DNA from: Candidatus Omnitrophota bacterium
GTDB taxonomy: Bacteria > Omnitrophota > Gorgyraeia > Gygaellales > Profunditerraquicolaceae
DNA length: 38,128 bases
Assembly: GCA_016867095.1 (NCBI GenBank)
Contig: VGKK01000002.1
Coordinates: 1-38,128, forward strand
Direction of reading: 5' to 3'
Shown: in pieces, positions 22,942 to 31,361 of the stretch
How positions within the stretch are numbered: the stretch's first letter is position 1
Layout: every line of letters starts with the position of its first letter
Program-made: the position numbers and the translations under genes
Notes under the pieces: generated by a model
The model's database searches: none
Told to the model about the DNA's origin: nothing
What the model saw: only the letters and a program-made list of their open reading frames with translations

Positions 22942-24483
22942 CTATACAAAAAAATCCCTATCCAAACTCCTATACTGTATCGCCTCTGATAGATGCCCTG
23001 TTTTGATATCTTGACTTCCCGCTAAATCCGCAATAGTTCTTGATACCTTCAATATTTTATCATAGGCCCGGGCGCTCAAATTTAATTCTGTCATCGCCAT
23101 TTTTAACAGCTCGCTTTCCTCCTTGCCTAACGCGCAGAATTTGCGCACCTGTTTATGGCTCATCTGGGCATTCCACCCCGGGGTTTCTTCCTGAAACCTT
23201 TGCTTCTGCATTACGCGCGCCTTATTTATCCTTTCCTTAATTTGGGCTGAATTTTCCGCGGGTTGAGTGCTGGCAAGCTCCTGATACCTGGCCGCCGGGA
23301 CTTCAATGTGGATGTCTATTCTATCTAATAGCGGCCCGGAGATTTTAGAGCGGTATTTATAAATCTCCTGCGTGGAGCAGCGGCACGCGGATTTAAAGTC
23401 ATAGTAGCGGCCGCATTTACAGGGGTTCATTGCCGCCACCAGCATAAAGGAAGCGGGAAAGACTAGGGATTTTTTCACGCGACAGACGCGGATAAACCCG
23501 TCTTCCAGGGGCTGGCGCAGCGTCTCCAGGCAGTCGCGGTGAAATTCAGGCAGCTCATCCAGGAAGAGCACTCCGTGGTGTGCCAGGCTGATTTCTCCGG
23601 GCTGCGGGATTGCCCCGCCGCCAATCAAGGCAATGCTGGATATGCTGTGGTGCGGGCTGCGAAAGGGCCGGACACTGATTAACCCATCTTTAGCCGGCAA
23701 AGTCCCCATTACTGAATGAATCCTGGTTATCTCCAAAGCCTCCTGGAGGCATAAATCCGGCATAATCGTGGGAATCCTTTTGGCGAGCATAGTCTTGCCG
23801 CTGCCCGGCGGGCCAATCATCAGCAGGTTGTGAGCGCCGGCCACGGCTATTTCAATGGCGCGTTTGGCTAAATACTGGCCCTTAACATCCTGAAAGTCCA
23901 GTGTATAGCCAGGGCTCTCTTTGAATAAATCCAGGATGTCTATTTGGCAGGGTTTGACTATGTCCGGATGATTTAGGAATTCCACGCTTTCCCGCAGTGT
24001 CTTTACGCCAAAGACAGCGACCGGCGAAACTATGGCCGCCTCTTTAGCGTTTTCCGCGGGCACGATAAGATTGTTAATTTTGGATTTGGCTGCCGCCATG
24101 CTCGCCGGTAAAATCCCCTGGCCGGGCCGCAGGGAGCCGTCCAATGCCAGCTCGCCGGCCACATAATAATCTTTCAGGCTTTGGCTGTTTAATTGCTCGC
24201 TGGCCGCCAGAACCCCCAGGGCAATCGCCAGGTCTAAAGAGGCGCCTTCCTTTTTTAGGCTGGAAGGCGCCAGGCTTACAGTGATTCTTCCTGCCGGCCA
24301 GGTAAATCCCGAGTTTTTAATCGCGGATTTAACTCGCTCCTTGCTCTCTCTTATTGCCGTATCTGCCAGGCCCACTACGGTTACGTTGGGCAGGCCGCGC
24401 GAGACATCCACTTCTATTTCAATAGGGTACGCCTCGATGCCTAATAAGCCGAAACTAAATACCCTTGCCAACATAGCTACCAC
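22942..24483 (-). CDS. comM: YifB/ComM family Mg-chelatase-like AAA+ ATPase
   Basis: 513 aa with an N-terminal Lon-protease-like fold (GLPNVTVVGLADTAIRESKERV), Walker A GPPGSGKT, Walker B LFLDELPEF, and a C-terminal LSARAYDKILKVSRTIADL. Confidence 0.9.
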   Translation of the reverse strand: MVAMLARVFSFGLLGIEAYPIEIEVDVSRGLPNVTVVGLADTAIRESKERVKSAIKNSGFTWPAGRITVSLAPSSLKKEGASLDLAIALGVLAASEQLNSQSLKDYYVAGELALDGSLRPGQGILPASMAAAKSKINNLIVPAENAKEAAIVSPVAVFGVKTLRESVEFLNHPDIVKPCQIDILDLFKESPGYTLDFQDVKGQYLAKRAIEIAVAGAHNLLMIGPPGSGKTMLAKRIPTIMPDLCLQEALEITRIHSVMGTLPAKDGLISVRPFRSPHHSISSIALIGGGAIPQPGEISLAHHGVLFLDELPEFHRDCLETLRQPLEDGFIRVCRVKKSLVFPASFMLVAAMNPCKCGRYYDFKSACRCSTQEIYKYRSKISGPLLDRIDIHIEVPAARYQELASTQPAENSAQIKERINKARVMQKQRFQEETPGWNAQMSHKQVRKFCALGKEESELLKMAMTELNLSARAYDKILKVSRTIADLAGSQDIKTGHLSEAIQYRSLDRDFFV

Positions 24484-24495
24484 CTCCTCAAATGA

Positions 24496-24580
24496 AGCCG
24501 AGACTTACGGAGCGAACACCCGGCTGTATTTGAACAGCCGGTGTGCCGCTTGTGTGGCAAGCGAACGTAAGTCTCTGGCT
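24496..24580. repeat. Conserved multi-hairpin element 'X', copy 2
   Basis: The outer stem agccgagacttacg/cgtaagtctctggct encloses cacccggct..agccggtgtg and gccgcttgtgtggc. The core aligns with 2098-2185. Confidence 0.7.
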
Positions 24581-24699
24581 GAATTTGACCCAGCACTAAT
24601 TTTTATAAACTCTTATCTCTATATCTTAAGAGTTGATGCCAATGCAGCCTCTATGAGATATCTTTAAGCGTTGTATAAAATTAGTGCTGGGTAAGTTCG
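24581..24699. repeat. ~118-bp TIR element, copy A (inverted relative to copies B and D)
   Basis: The termini are gaatttgacccagcactaattttt ... aaaattagtgctgggtaagttcg. The reverse complement of its core aligns along its length with copies B and D. Confidence 0.85.
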
Positions 24700-24740
24700 G
24701 GCACATAACTTGCGTCACCCAGGCTCCGCAAGTTATGCCC
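24699..24740. repeat. Flanking hairpin (gggcacataacttgcg ... cgcaagttatgccc)
   Basis: The arms are 16 nt and 14 nt; the innermost 12 nt pair perfectly and the outer ends pair with a 2-nt bulge. It directly abuts TIR element A. Confidence 0.75.
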
Positions 24741-24792
24741 TCACTTCTAATAGACGTAAGAGGCGGTAAAATCTAACTAAGAATTTTAATGA

Positions 24793-24836
24793 AGCCACAG
24801 CTTAGCGAGCAATAAGCGAAGCTAAGCTGTTTGGCT
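24793..24836. repeat. Flanking hairpin (agccacagcttagc ... gctaagctgtttggct)
   Basis: An inverted repeat that directly abuts the left end of TIR element B. It has the same ..tggct|gaat junction as element A. Confidence 0.75.
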
Positions 24837-24957
24837 GAATTAACCCAGCACTAATTTTATGAAACGCTTGAGATAGCTCATAGGCGTTGCTTCCGAATCG
24901 ACCCCCCCTATAAGATAGAGATAAAACTCTATAAAAATTAGTGCTGGGTTTAATTCG
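24837..24957. repeat. ~118-bp TIR element, copy B
   Basis: gaattaacccagcactaatttt ... aaaattagtgctgggtttaattcg. The 17-nt TIR core is perfectly complementary, and there is an inner hairpin atagag-ataaaa-ctctat. Confidence 0.85.
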
Positions 24958-24998
24958 CACAGTAACTTACGTTCACTTCGTTTCGTAAGTTACGTGCT
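24957..24998. repeat. Flanking hairpin (gcacagtaacttacg ... cgtaagttacgtgc)
   Basis: An inverted repeat with the ACTTACG/CGTAAGT core. It abuts the right end of element B. Confidence 0.75.
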
Positions 24999-25168
24999 CA
25001 TTAAAAATCCTTGCCCCGTTAGAAATTTTATGCTAATCTATAAACGTATTTCTAACGGGATTTGCTTTTTGCCCATTCCGATTATATAATCTAAAATTAC
25101 GGTAATGAGGAACAAAACCTATTGTGGGACTTAAGGAAAGAAAAAAAGCCTGCTGCGGGAGCTGACTA

Positions 25169-25618
25169 ATGAAAAACATATTTACCCAGCTGATTAATAA
25201 TAGAGTATTGCTGGTTACGCTTTCTGGCTGGGTTATTGCCCAGGGCATTAAGGTGTTAATCGGGGTTGTCCGCTATAGAAAAATTGATTTCCGCTGGTTT
25301 GTAGGCACCGGCGGCATGCCTTCGGCCCACGCCACCGGCGCTTCGTGCCTGGCCACCGCCATTGGCTTAGAGTACGGCTTTCAGAGCGTTTCTTTTGCCC
25401 TGGCCGCCACATTTGCGATTGTGGTGATGTTTGACGCGCAGGGCGTACGCCGGGCCACCGGCAAGCAGGCCAGGATATTGAACAAGATTACTGAGGATAT
25501 TTACTGGCGGGGCAGGATTAATGAAGACCGGCTGCGCGAATTGGTCGGACATACGCCCGTAGAGGTTATTGCTGGGTTTCTTTTGGGAATAATCATCGCC
25601 TTAATCGCGGCAATATAG
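25169..25618 (+). CDS. Divergent PAP2-family membrane protein (DUF212 / YuiD-like)
   Basis: 149 aa with GGMPSAHA, VVMFDAQGVRR..GKQA and GHTPVEV motifs, plus several transmembrane helices. Confidence 0.8.
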   Translation: MKNIFTQLINNRVLLVTLSGWVIAQGIKVLIGVVRYRKIDFRWFVGTGGMPSAHATGASCLATAIGLEYGFQSVSFALAATFAIVVMFDAQGVRRATGKQARILNKITEDIYWRGRINEDRLRELVGHTPVEVIAGFLLGIIIALIAAI

Positions 25619-25676
25619 ACATTCTAATCAGTTTAGCAGGCTCGAGAAACTATAACTACAGTAAGACATCTCGAAA

Positions 25677-25813
25677 GCGAATATCAGAAGACCAGAGTAT
25701 CAGAACGGGATTATCAGAGTATCAGATTATCAGAAAAAACGCGAAATTTCCCTACTTCCGGTATTCTGATAATCTGATTTTCTCGCTCTGATATTCTGAT
25801 GGTCTGATACTCG
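25677..25813. repeat. Imperfect palindrome with five TATCAGA words on the left arm and five TCTGAT words on the right arm
   Basis: TATCAGA occurs at 25682, 25698, 25712, 25720 and 25728. The mirrored tctgat words lie between 25765 and 25808. The inner 15 nt (atcagattatcagaa / ttctgataatctgat) pair perfectly. Confidence 0.85.
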
Positions 25814-25859
25814 TAATTAATTAAAGCTATAAGGATACATTATATCGGGAGGTAACAAG

Positions 25860-26678
25860 GTGAAGAAGAAATTGTGGTTAATCATCATTGCCTGTTTTCT
25901 GGCAGGTCTAATAGTCCTGGCGTTTGTTAATCTCAGGAAAAATAGGGCGCCCTTAATTGCCAAGACCGGCGGCGCTGTTTCCGCGTCCAGCTTACTTAGC
26001 CAGGCCAGGGCTTTGGAGGCCAAGGGCAATCTCCTGGAAGCCAAAGCAACGTATCAAGAGCTGGTTAATAATTTTTCCAATTCCGGCGAGATGATGAATT
26101 GGCAGAAGAAACTGGAAGATATAAATATAAAGTTATTATTCAGCCCCGCTATAACCCTCAACAGCCAGCTTTACCAAATCAGGGCGGGTGATACCCTGGC
26201 GAAGATTGCCAGGGAATTTAAGACCACGGTGGAGCTGATTAAAAAAAGCAACAGCCTCGCCGACGATAAAATTATCCCAGGCAGGAAGATTAAGGTATGG
26301 ACAGCGCCTTTTAGCATATTGATAGATAAATCTCAAAATACGCTCATCTTAAAGACTGATGAAGAGATTTTTAAGACTTATATTGTTTCCACGGGTGCAA
26401 ATAATTCCACTCCCGTCGGTAATTTCAGGATTACCAATAAGCTTTCCAACCCCACCTGGTTTAAGGCAGGCGCGGTAGTCCTCGCGGACAGCCCGGAGAA
26501 TATCTTGGGCACGCGCTGGCTGGGTTTTGACCTGGCTGGTTACGGAATACACGGCACTACCGAGCCGCAAAGCCTGGGTAAGCAGGTTACCCAGGGCTGC
26601 GTGCGCATGGCTAATGCCGAGGTTGAAGAACTATATACCATCGTCCCCGTGGGCACAGAAGTTACCACCGTTGATTGA
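25860..26678 (+). CDS. L,D-transpeptidase (YkuD domain) with a LysM domain and an N-terminal membrane anchor
   Basis: GTG start after gggagg. The LysM segment is YQIRAGDTLAKIAREFKTTVELIKKSNSL. The YkuD catalytic motif is YGIHGT......G...T.GCVRM. Confidence 0.85.
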   Translation: MKKKLWLIIIACFLAGLIVLAFVNLRKNRAPLIAKTGGAVSASSLLSQARALEAKGNLLEAKATYQELVNNFSNSGEMMNWQKKLEDINIKLLFSPAITLNSQLYQIRAGDTLAKIAREFKTTVELIKKSNSLADDKIIPGRKIKVWTAPFSILIDKSQNTLILKTDEEIFKTYIVSTGANNSTPVGNFRITNKLSNPTWFKAGAVVLADSPENILGTRWLGFDLAGYGIHGTTEPQSLGKQVTQGCVRMANAEVEELYTIVPVGTEVTTVD

Positions 26679-26682
26679 GTGA

Positions 26683-26727
26683 GGACATAACTTATGGAGC
26701 TCGAAGAGCTACATAAGTTATGTGTCC
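26683..26727. repeat. Flanking hairpin (ggacataacttatg ... cataagttatgtgtcc)
   Basis: It begins 5 nt after the ldt stop codon, preceded by gtgag, and abuts TIR element C. Confidence 0.75.
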
Positions 26728-26846
26728 GAACTCATCCAGCACTTATTTTTGCAATTGTGCTGGAGTTACAAATCAAGCGATAGAGCGAAACTATTCCTTG
26801 AGTTAACTCAAGTGCTTTTTTAAAAATAAGTGCTGGATTAAATTCG
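26728..26846. repeat. ~118-bp TIR element, divergent copy C
   Basis: gaactcatccagcacttattttt ... aaaaataagtgctggattaaattcg. Both arms carry matching substitutions relative to A, B and D. There is an inner perfect palindrome cttgagttaactcaag. Confidence 0.8.
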
Positions 26847-26873
26847 CAGACGCCGGAGGTATTAAAAATATAA

Positions 26874-26925
26874 GCAGCTATAACTTACGTCGTCCGCCTA
26901 TGGCGGACTTCCGTAAGTTATCTGC
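26874..26925. repeat. Flanking hairpin (gcagctataacttacg ... cgtaagttatctgc) with a nested gtccgcc-tat-ggcggac hairpin
   Basis: An inverted repeat that ends 9 nt before the accA ATG. Confidence 0.75.
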
Positions 26926-26934
26926 TCATTTAAT

Positions 26935-27882
26935 ATGGCAGGACTTGATTTTGAAAAACCGATTACCGAGTTAGAGAGGAAAATCCAGGAGCTGAAGAAT
27001 TTTATCTCGGATAAAAAGATTGACCTTAGCTCCGAAGTCAGGCGCCTGGAAGAAAAACTGGAGCACCTTAAGAAAGATACCTATGGCAGCTTAAGTGCTT
27101 GGCAAAGGGTGCAGATCGCCCGGCATCCGCAAAGGCCTTACACCCTGGATTATGTCAACCTGATTATGCCCGATTTTATAGAAATACACGGCGACAGGAA
27201 TTTTTCCGACGATAAAGCCATCATTTGCGGGTTCGCGAAAATAGACAATAAGAAAATTATGATTATCGGGCATCAGAAGGGCAGGGATACCAAGGAGAAC
27301 CTGAAGCGGAACTTTGGCTGCGCGCACCCGGAAGGGTACCGCAAGGCCTTAAGGGCGATGCAATTGGCGGAGAAATTCGCTTTGCCGGTAGTGATATTTA
27401 TTGATACTCCCGGCGCTTATCCGGGGGTAGGCGCGGAAGAGCGCGGCCAGGCCCAGGCGATTGCCTTGAATTTACGGGAGATGGTTTTGGTAACTACGCC
27501 CATTATCTCCATTGTAATCGGCGAGGGCGGCTCAGGCGGGGCATTAGGTATTGGTGTTGCCGACAGGGTTTGTGTTTTAGAGAATGCCTACTATTCGGTA
27601 ATTTCTCCCGAGGGCTGCGCCGCGATATTATGGAAAGACGGCTCCAAGGCGGCGGATGCGGCCGAGGTATTAAAACTTACGGCGCCGGATTTATTAAAGA
27701 TGGGCCTCATTGACGAGATAGTCCCTGAGCCGCTGGGAGGGGCGCATCGCGACCCTCAGAAGGCCGCCGGGACTTTAAAGGAATTGATCAAAAGGAATTT
27801 AAAGGATTTGGAATCGCTGAGCAAGGAAAACCTTTTAAAATTAAGGTATAAGAAATTTAGGGGAATGGGTGTTACCGGATGA
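26935..27882 (+). CDS. accA: Acetyl-CoA carboxylase carboxyltransferase alpha subunit
   Basis: 315 aa with FEKPI.ELE.KI.EL, ARHPQRPYTLDY, FIDTPGAYPG..AEERGQ..AIA and GEGGSGGALG motifs. Confidence 0.95.
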   Translation: MAGLDFEKPITELERKIQELKNFISDKKIDLSSEVRRLEEKLEHLKKDTYGSLSAWQRVQIARHPQRPYTLDYVNLIMPDFIEIHGDRNFSDDKAIICGFAKIDNKKIMIIGHQKGRDTKENLKRNFGCAHPEGYRKALRAMQLAEKFALPVVIFIDTPGAYPGVGAEERGQAQAIALNLREMVLVTTPIISIVIGEGGSGGALGIGVADRVCVLENAYYSVISPEGCAAILWKDGSKAADAAEVLKLTAPDLLKMGLIDEIVPEPLGGAHRDPQKAAGTLKELIKRNLKDLESLSKENLLKLRYKKFRGMGVTG

Positions 27883-28394
27883 TTGAACACGAGCTGCTGT
27901 TATTGGGGCTGCTTAAGGAAAACCCCAAGCACGGCTATGAAATAAAAAGAAAGATTAAAGAAATTATTTCTCTGTTTGCCGGCGGCAACCCCAAGTCCAT
28001 ATATTACCCTTTAAAGATACTGGAGAAAAAAGGCCTGGTGGTAAAGCGCGCCAGGAGGGTCGGCCGCCGGCCGCAGCGGCTGGTTTATGCCTTGACCCAA
28101 AAAGGAGAAAGCCGCTTTAACGGCCTGCTGACTCAAAGCCTGTTGAATTTTAAACGGCCGCAGTTTAGCTTGGACTTGAGCCTCTATTTCCTGAATTATA
28201 TAAAACCGCAAGTCGCTCAGCGCAGGCTGCAGGCGCGGCTGTTCGTCCTGGAGAAGCTGGCCAGGGAGATAAAAGAGCTGGCAGCTTCCTTGAGAAATAA
28301 AAAAATTCTGTCGCTGACGCTTATTTTAGAGCACGACCTGAAAATGGTAGAGGCTGAATGCAAATTCCTTGCCGGCCTGATAAAAACCCTGTAA
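27879..28394 (+). CDS. PadR-family transcriptional regulator
   Basis: The winged-helix signature is LLLLGLLKENPKHGYEIKRKIKE...YYPLKILEKKGLV. The ATG overlaps the accA stop codon (ATGA). Confidence 0.85.
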   Translation: MIEHELLLLGLLKENPKHGYEIKRKIKEIISLFAGGNPKSIYYPLKILEKKGLVVKRARRVGRRPQRLVYALTQKGESRFNGLLTQSLLNFKRPQFSLDLSLYFLNYIKPQVAQRRLQARLFVLEKLAREIKELAASLRNKKILSLTLILEHDLKMVEAECKFLAGLIKTL

Positions 28395-28426
28395 AGGGAG
28401 ATATTTTTTCTCTGGAAAGGAGAAGA

Positions 28427-28558
28427 ATGCGCCTTGCACGTAAAATCGCTACCGGCTTAGTTTTAATATTTTTAGCAGTTTCTGTTTACGGATGCGCCTT
28501 AGTCGGCGCCGCCATCAGCGCCGGTATTGCCTACGGCCTTTACCAAGCTACCAAATAG
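28427..28558 (+). CDS. Small (43 aa) putative lipoprotein or membrane peptide with a Gly/Ala zipper
   Basis: RBS ggaaaggag precedes the ATG at 28427. The peptide is MRLARKIATGLVLIFLAVSVYGC-ALVGAAISAGIAYGLY. The lipobox is atypical (VYGC). Confidence 0.45.
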   Translation: MRLARKIATGLVLIFLAVSVYGCALVGAAISAGIAYGLYQATK

Positions 28559-28589
28559 AGCGCCCCCTTCCTTTCGAGTATTTTCCCCC

Positions 28590-28618
28590 TTGACAGATTC
28601 AAAAGAGCCTGATACACT
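28590..28618 (+). promoter_or_regulatory. Sigma70-like promoter upstream of the AbrB-family gene and efflux cluster
   Basis: TTGACA (28590-28595), a 17-nt spacer, then TACACT (28613-28618). Confidence 0.4.
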
Positions 28619-28684
28619 TTCCCTATAAATCATACAAATCAGTCATATCATACCAATGGCTTAATAAGCGCAAGGAGGAGGAAA

Positions 28685-28906
28685 ATGAACGGCCATTTAA
28701 AATGCAAGATTTACGGCGCGGCAACGGTTGGCGAAAGGGGGCAGGTGGTCATTCCGGCGGAAATCCGCAAGACCTTCAAGGTTAAGGCTGGCGACAAACT
28801 GATTGTTTTTGCCCGGCCAGGCGGGATGATCGGCTTGGTTCCGACCGAGGAATTTAACCGGTTTTTGAACGAAGCGACGGAAGTTCTAGCCCAATTTAAA
28901 AAATAA
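28685..28906 (+). CDS. AbrB/MazE/SpoVT-family DNA-binding protein
   Basis: 73 aa with the swapped-hairpin motif VGERGQVVIPAEIRKTFKVKAGDKLIVF. The RBS is aaggaggagg. Confidence 0.75.
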   Translation: MNGHLKCKIYGAATVGERGQVVIPAEIRKTFKVKAGDKLIVFARPGGMIGLVPTEEFNRFLNEATEVLAQFKK

Positions 28907-28926
28907 AGCCAGAGAGACCGCTCTCT

Positions 28927-29991
28927 ATGAAAAAGCCTATCTTTTTTTCTTTAATTTTATGTTTTTTAACTTTTCTCTGCCGAGGGGCAAGGGCCGAGGA
29001 GGTTTTTCTCTGGCAGGAGTGCCTTGCCGAGGCTAAGAAGAACCACCCGGACCTGGTTTCTGCGGTAGAGAGCACTAATCAGAAAAAATCCAATAAGACC
29101 ATCGCTGCCAGCGGCCTTTTTCCGCAAATTGACGCCAACCTCTCCGGCTCCACCGCAAAGACCAGCGCTGCCGGCACAAGCGCCACCGCCGATTCTTATA
29201 CTTACGACCTCAGCGGCACGCAGCTTATCTTTGACGGGTTTAAGACGCTGAATAACGTGCACTCCGCTGCCGAAGATATCAAGGCCAGCCAAGACAGTTA
29301 TCTGTTTACTTCTTCCCAGGTCAGGTTAAATCTACACACCGCGTTTATTAATTTATTGAAGGCGCAGGAATTAATTAAGGTTACCGAGGAGATTATTAAA
29401 ATCAGAAGGGACAACCTGCAATTAATCGCCCTCGGTTATGAATCAGGCTTGGAGCATAAGGGCGCTTTATTGACGGCTGAGGCCAGCCTTGCGGAGGCAA
29501 ATTTTGAATTGGCGCAGGCAAAGAGGGACATCAGCCAGTACCAGCGGCAGCTGACCAAGGAAATGGGCCGCCAGGAATTTAAGCCGATGTCGGTAAAGGG
29601 AGATTTTACGGTGCGCGACGCGGCTCTTGAAAAGCCGGATTTGGAAGCTCTGGCCAAAAGCCACCCTTCTTTATTAAAGGCGCTGGCTACCAGAAATGCC
29701 GCGGCCTTTGATATTAAGTCTGCCTACGCGGATTTTTACCCGGCGCTTTCCGGCAGCGCAGGGGCGAATAAAAAGAGCGCGCACTGGCCGCCGAAAGACG
29801 ACAATTGGAATTTAGGCCTAGAAGTAACGCTGCCGGTATTTGAGGGCGGCCGGCGCCTCGGCGCTCATCACCATTTTTGCCGGGTGGACAGTGAGGGTTT
29901 CTTCGTTTTCCGTAATCCTGGCTACCGCCTTTTCCTTAATCATGGGGATATTGTTCGGGCTTTGGCCGGCGCAGAAAGCCGCCCAGCTTGA
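28927..29991 (+). pseudogene. TolC-family outer membrane factor, 3'-truncated (homology ends near 29856; the tail is out-of-frame permease DNA)
   Basis: There is a signal peptide and TolC repeats up to ..[13 protein letters not shown] (29830-29856). The remaining 45 codons have no TolC character and, read in a different frame, encode an FtsX C-terminus. Confidence 0.7.
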
Positions 29992-30019
29992 CCCGATTGA
30001 AGCCTTAAGGTATGAATAA
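29852..30019 (+). pseudogene. Remnant: last ~55 codons of an FtsX/MacB-type ABC permease
   Basis: This frame reads [55 protein letters not shown]. The G..PA.KAA.L.PIEALR.E ending is typical of MacB/LolCE/FtsX permeases. There is no upstream continuation or start codon. Confidence 0.75.
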
Positions 30020-31361
30020 AAACAGAAAATACATTATCATCTTGGTTTTAGCCGCTTTTATCTTCCCGTTTGCTAAAGGCTACAGCCAGGAAAAACAGGA
30101 GAGCCGGAGCGTTTTGCTTTCCCTGCAGGAGGCGGTTGCCGCGGCTTTTCGCAACAATAAGGACATCCGCATTCAGGAAGAGGAAAACAAAATTTCTCAA
30201 GCCAAAATACAGGAAGCACAGAGCAAATTTTTGCCTCAAGTAAACTTGGGCGCGGGATACACGCATAGCGGCAGCGTCCTTCAGCTCAGCACAATAAAGA
30301 GCACCAAGAAAGACATCGGTATTTTTTCCGGATATAAGAATGATAATAACCTGAATATCAGCGTTGATGAATCTGTCTATAACGGCGGCGCGGATATCGC
30401 CAACTTTAAGCAGAGCGAGCTGGGCCTGCGGGTCAGCCAGGAAACCCTGCGGGTAAAGAAATTAGACGTGGAGTTTGAAACAAAGAGGCTATATTACGGG
30501 CTGTTACTGGCGTATGAGGCCGAGCGTATTGCCCAGGAGCTCTTTGACCAGGCCCAGGCGCATTATGAAGATGTAAAGAATAAATTCGGGCAGGGGACAG
30601 TCTCTAAATTTGACCTTTTGCAGTCAAAGGTCCAGGTTTCTAAAATTATGCCTGAGCTGGTAAGGGCAAAGAACGCGGTGGATTTAATCGCCGCGGACCT
30701 GAAGAAAATGCTCGGTTTTAAAATGCGGGACTCGCTGGCCTTAAAGGACAAGCTCCTCTATTCTTTAATAGAGATTAATGAGGAGGAATTTTTAAAGCAG
30801 GCTTACTTAAACCGTCCGGAGATGAATTTAAAGGCATTAGGCATTGATATCCAGAAATGGGCGATACAGATGGCTAAGTCGGGTTGGCGGCCGCAGATCA
30901 GCGCTGAGGGAGGGTATAGTTACCGCTCCAATAACCTGGGGAATATGTTTAATAACCGGCACAGCAACTGGAACGCGGGGTTTAGCGTCAGCATCCCGCT
31001 CTTTGACGGTTTTTCCACTAAGGCAAAAGTAGACCAAGCAGCCAGCCGCTATGCCCAGGCTAAATTAGAAAAGGAAGATTTAGGAGAGCAGATCGCCGTG
31101 GATATCCGGCAGGCCTGTTTGGATTTAAAACAGGCAGAGGCGATTATTAATTCTTCAAAGGATAATATTGAGGAAGCCCGCGAGGCTTTAAGGATTGCCG
31201 GCGTCAGTTTTGATAACGGCGAGGGGACGAATTTGGATGTTTTGGACGCGCAGATATCCTTGAGCCAGATAGAAAATAATTTTTCCGAAGGGGTTTATGA
31301 TTATCTGATGGCTAAGGCGTTTTTGGACCGGACAATGGCAGGAAGCCAGGAGGGCAAGTAA
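30012..31361 (+). CDS. TolC-family outer membrane efflux protein
   Basis: 449 aa with a signal peptide and two TolC repeats ([18 protein letters not shown]..., [17 protein letters not shown]...). The ATG overlaps the end of the permease remnant. Confidence 0.85.
   Translation: MNKNRKYIIILVLAAFIFPFAKGYSQEKQESRSVLLSLQEAVAAAFRNNKDIRIQEEENKISQAKIQEAQSKFLPQVNLGAGYTHSGSVLQLSTIKSTKKDIGIFSGYKNDNNLNISVDESVYNGGADIANFKQSELGLRVSQETLRVKKLDVEFETKRLYYGLLLAYEAERIAQELFDQAQAHYEDVKNKFGQGTVSKFDLLQSKVQVSKIMPELVRAKNAVDLIAADLKKMLGFKMRDSLALKDKLLYSLIEINEEEFLKQAYLNRPEMNLKALGIDIQKWAIQMAKSGWRPQISAEGGYSYRSNNLGNMFNNRHSNWNAGFSVSIPLFDGFSTKAKVDQAASRYAQAKLEKEDLGEQIAVDIRQACLDLKQAEAIINSSKDNIEEAREALRIAGVSFDNGEGTNLDVLDAQISLSQIENNFSEGVYDYLMAKAFLDRTMAGSQEGK

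Noticed and set aside
24581-24957. The repeat arrays as a CRISPR locus or as integron attC sites
   Set aside because: There is no regular repeat-spacer periodicity. The repeats are inverted rather than direct, they occur as singletons at dispersed loci, and no cas genes are present. For attC, the arms lack RYYYAAC/GTTRRRY cores, the elements are not between promoterless cassettes in one orientation, and there is no integrase.
28927-29991. Treating 28927..29991 as an intact 354-aa TolC gene
   Set aside because: It is about 100 aa short of family length. Its last 45 codons are non-homologous, and the overlapping frame encodes a permease C-terminus. It is therefore annotated as a truncated gene or pseudogene.
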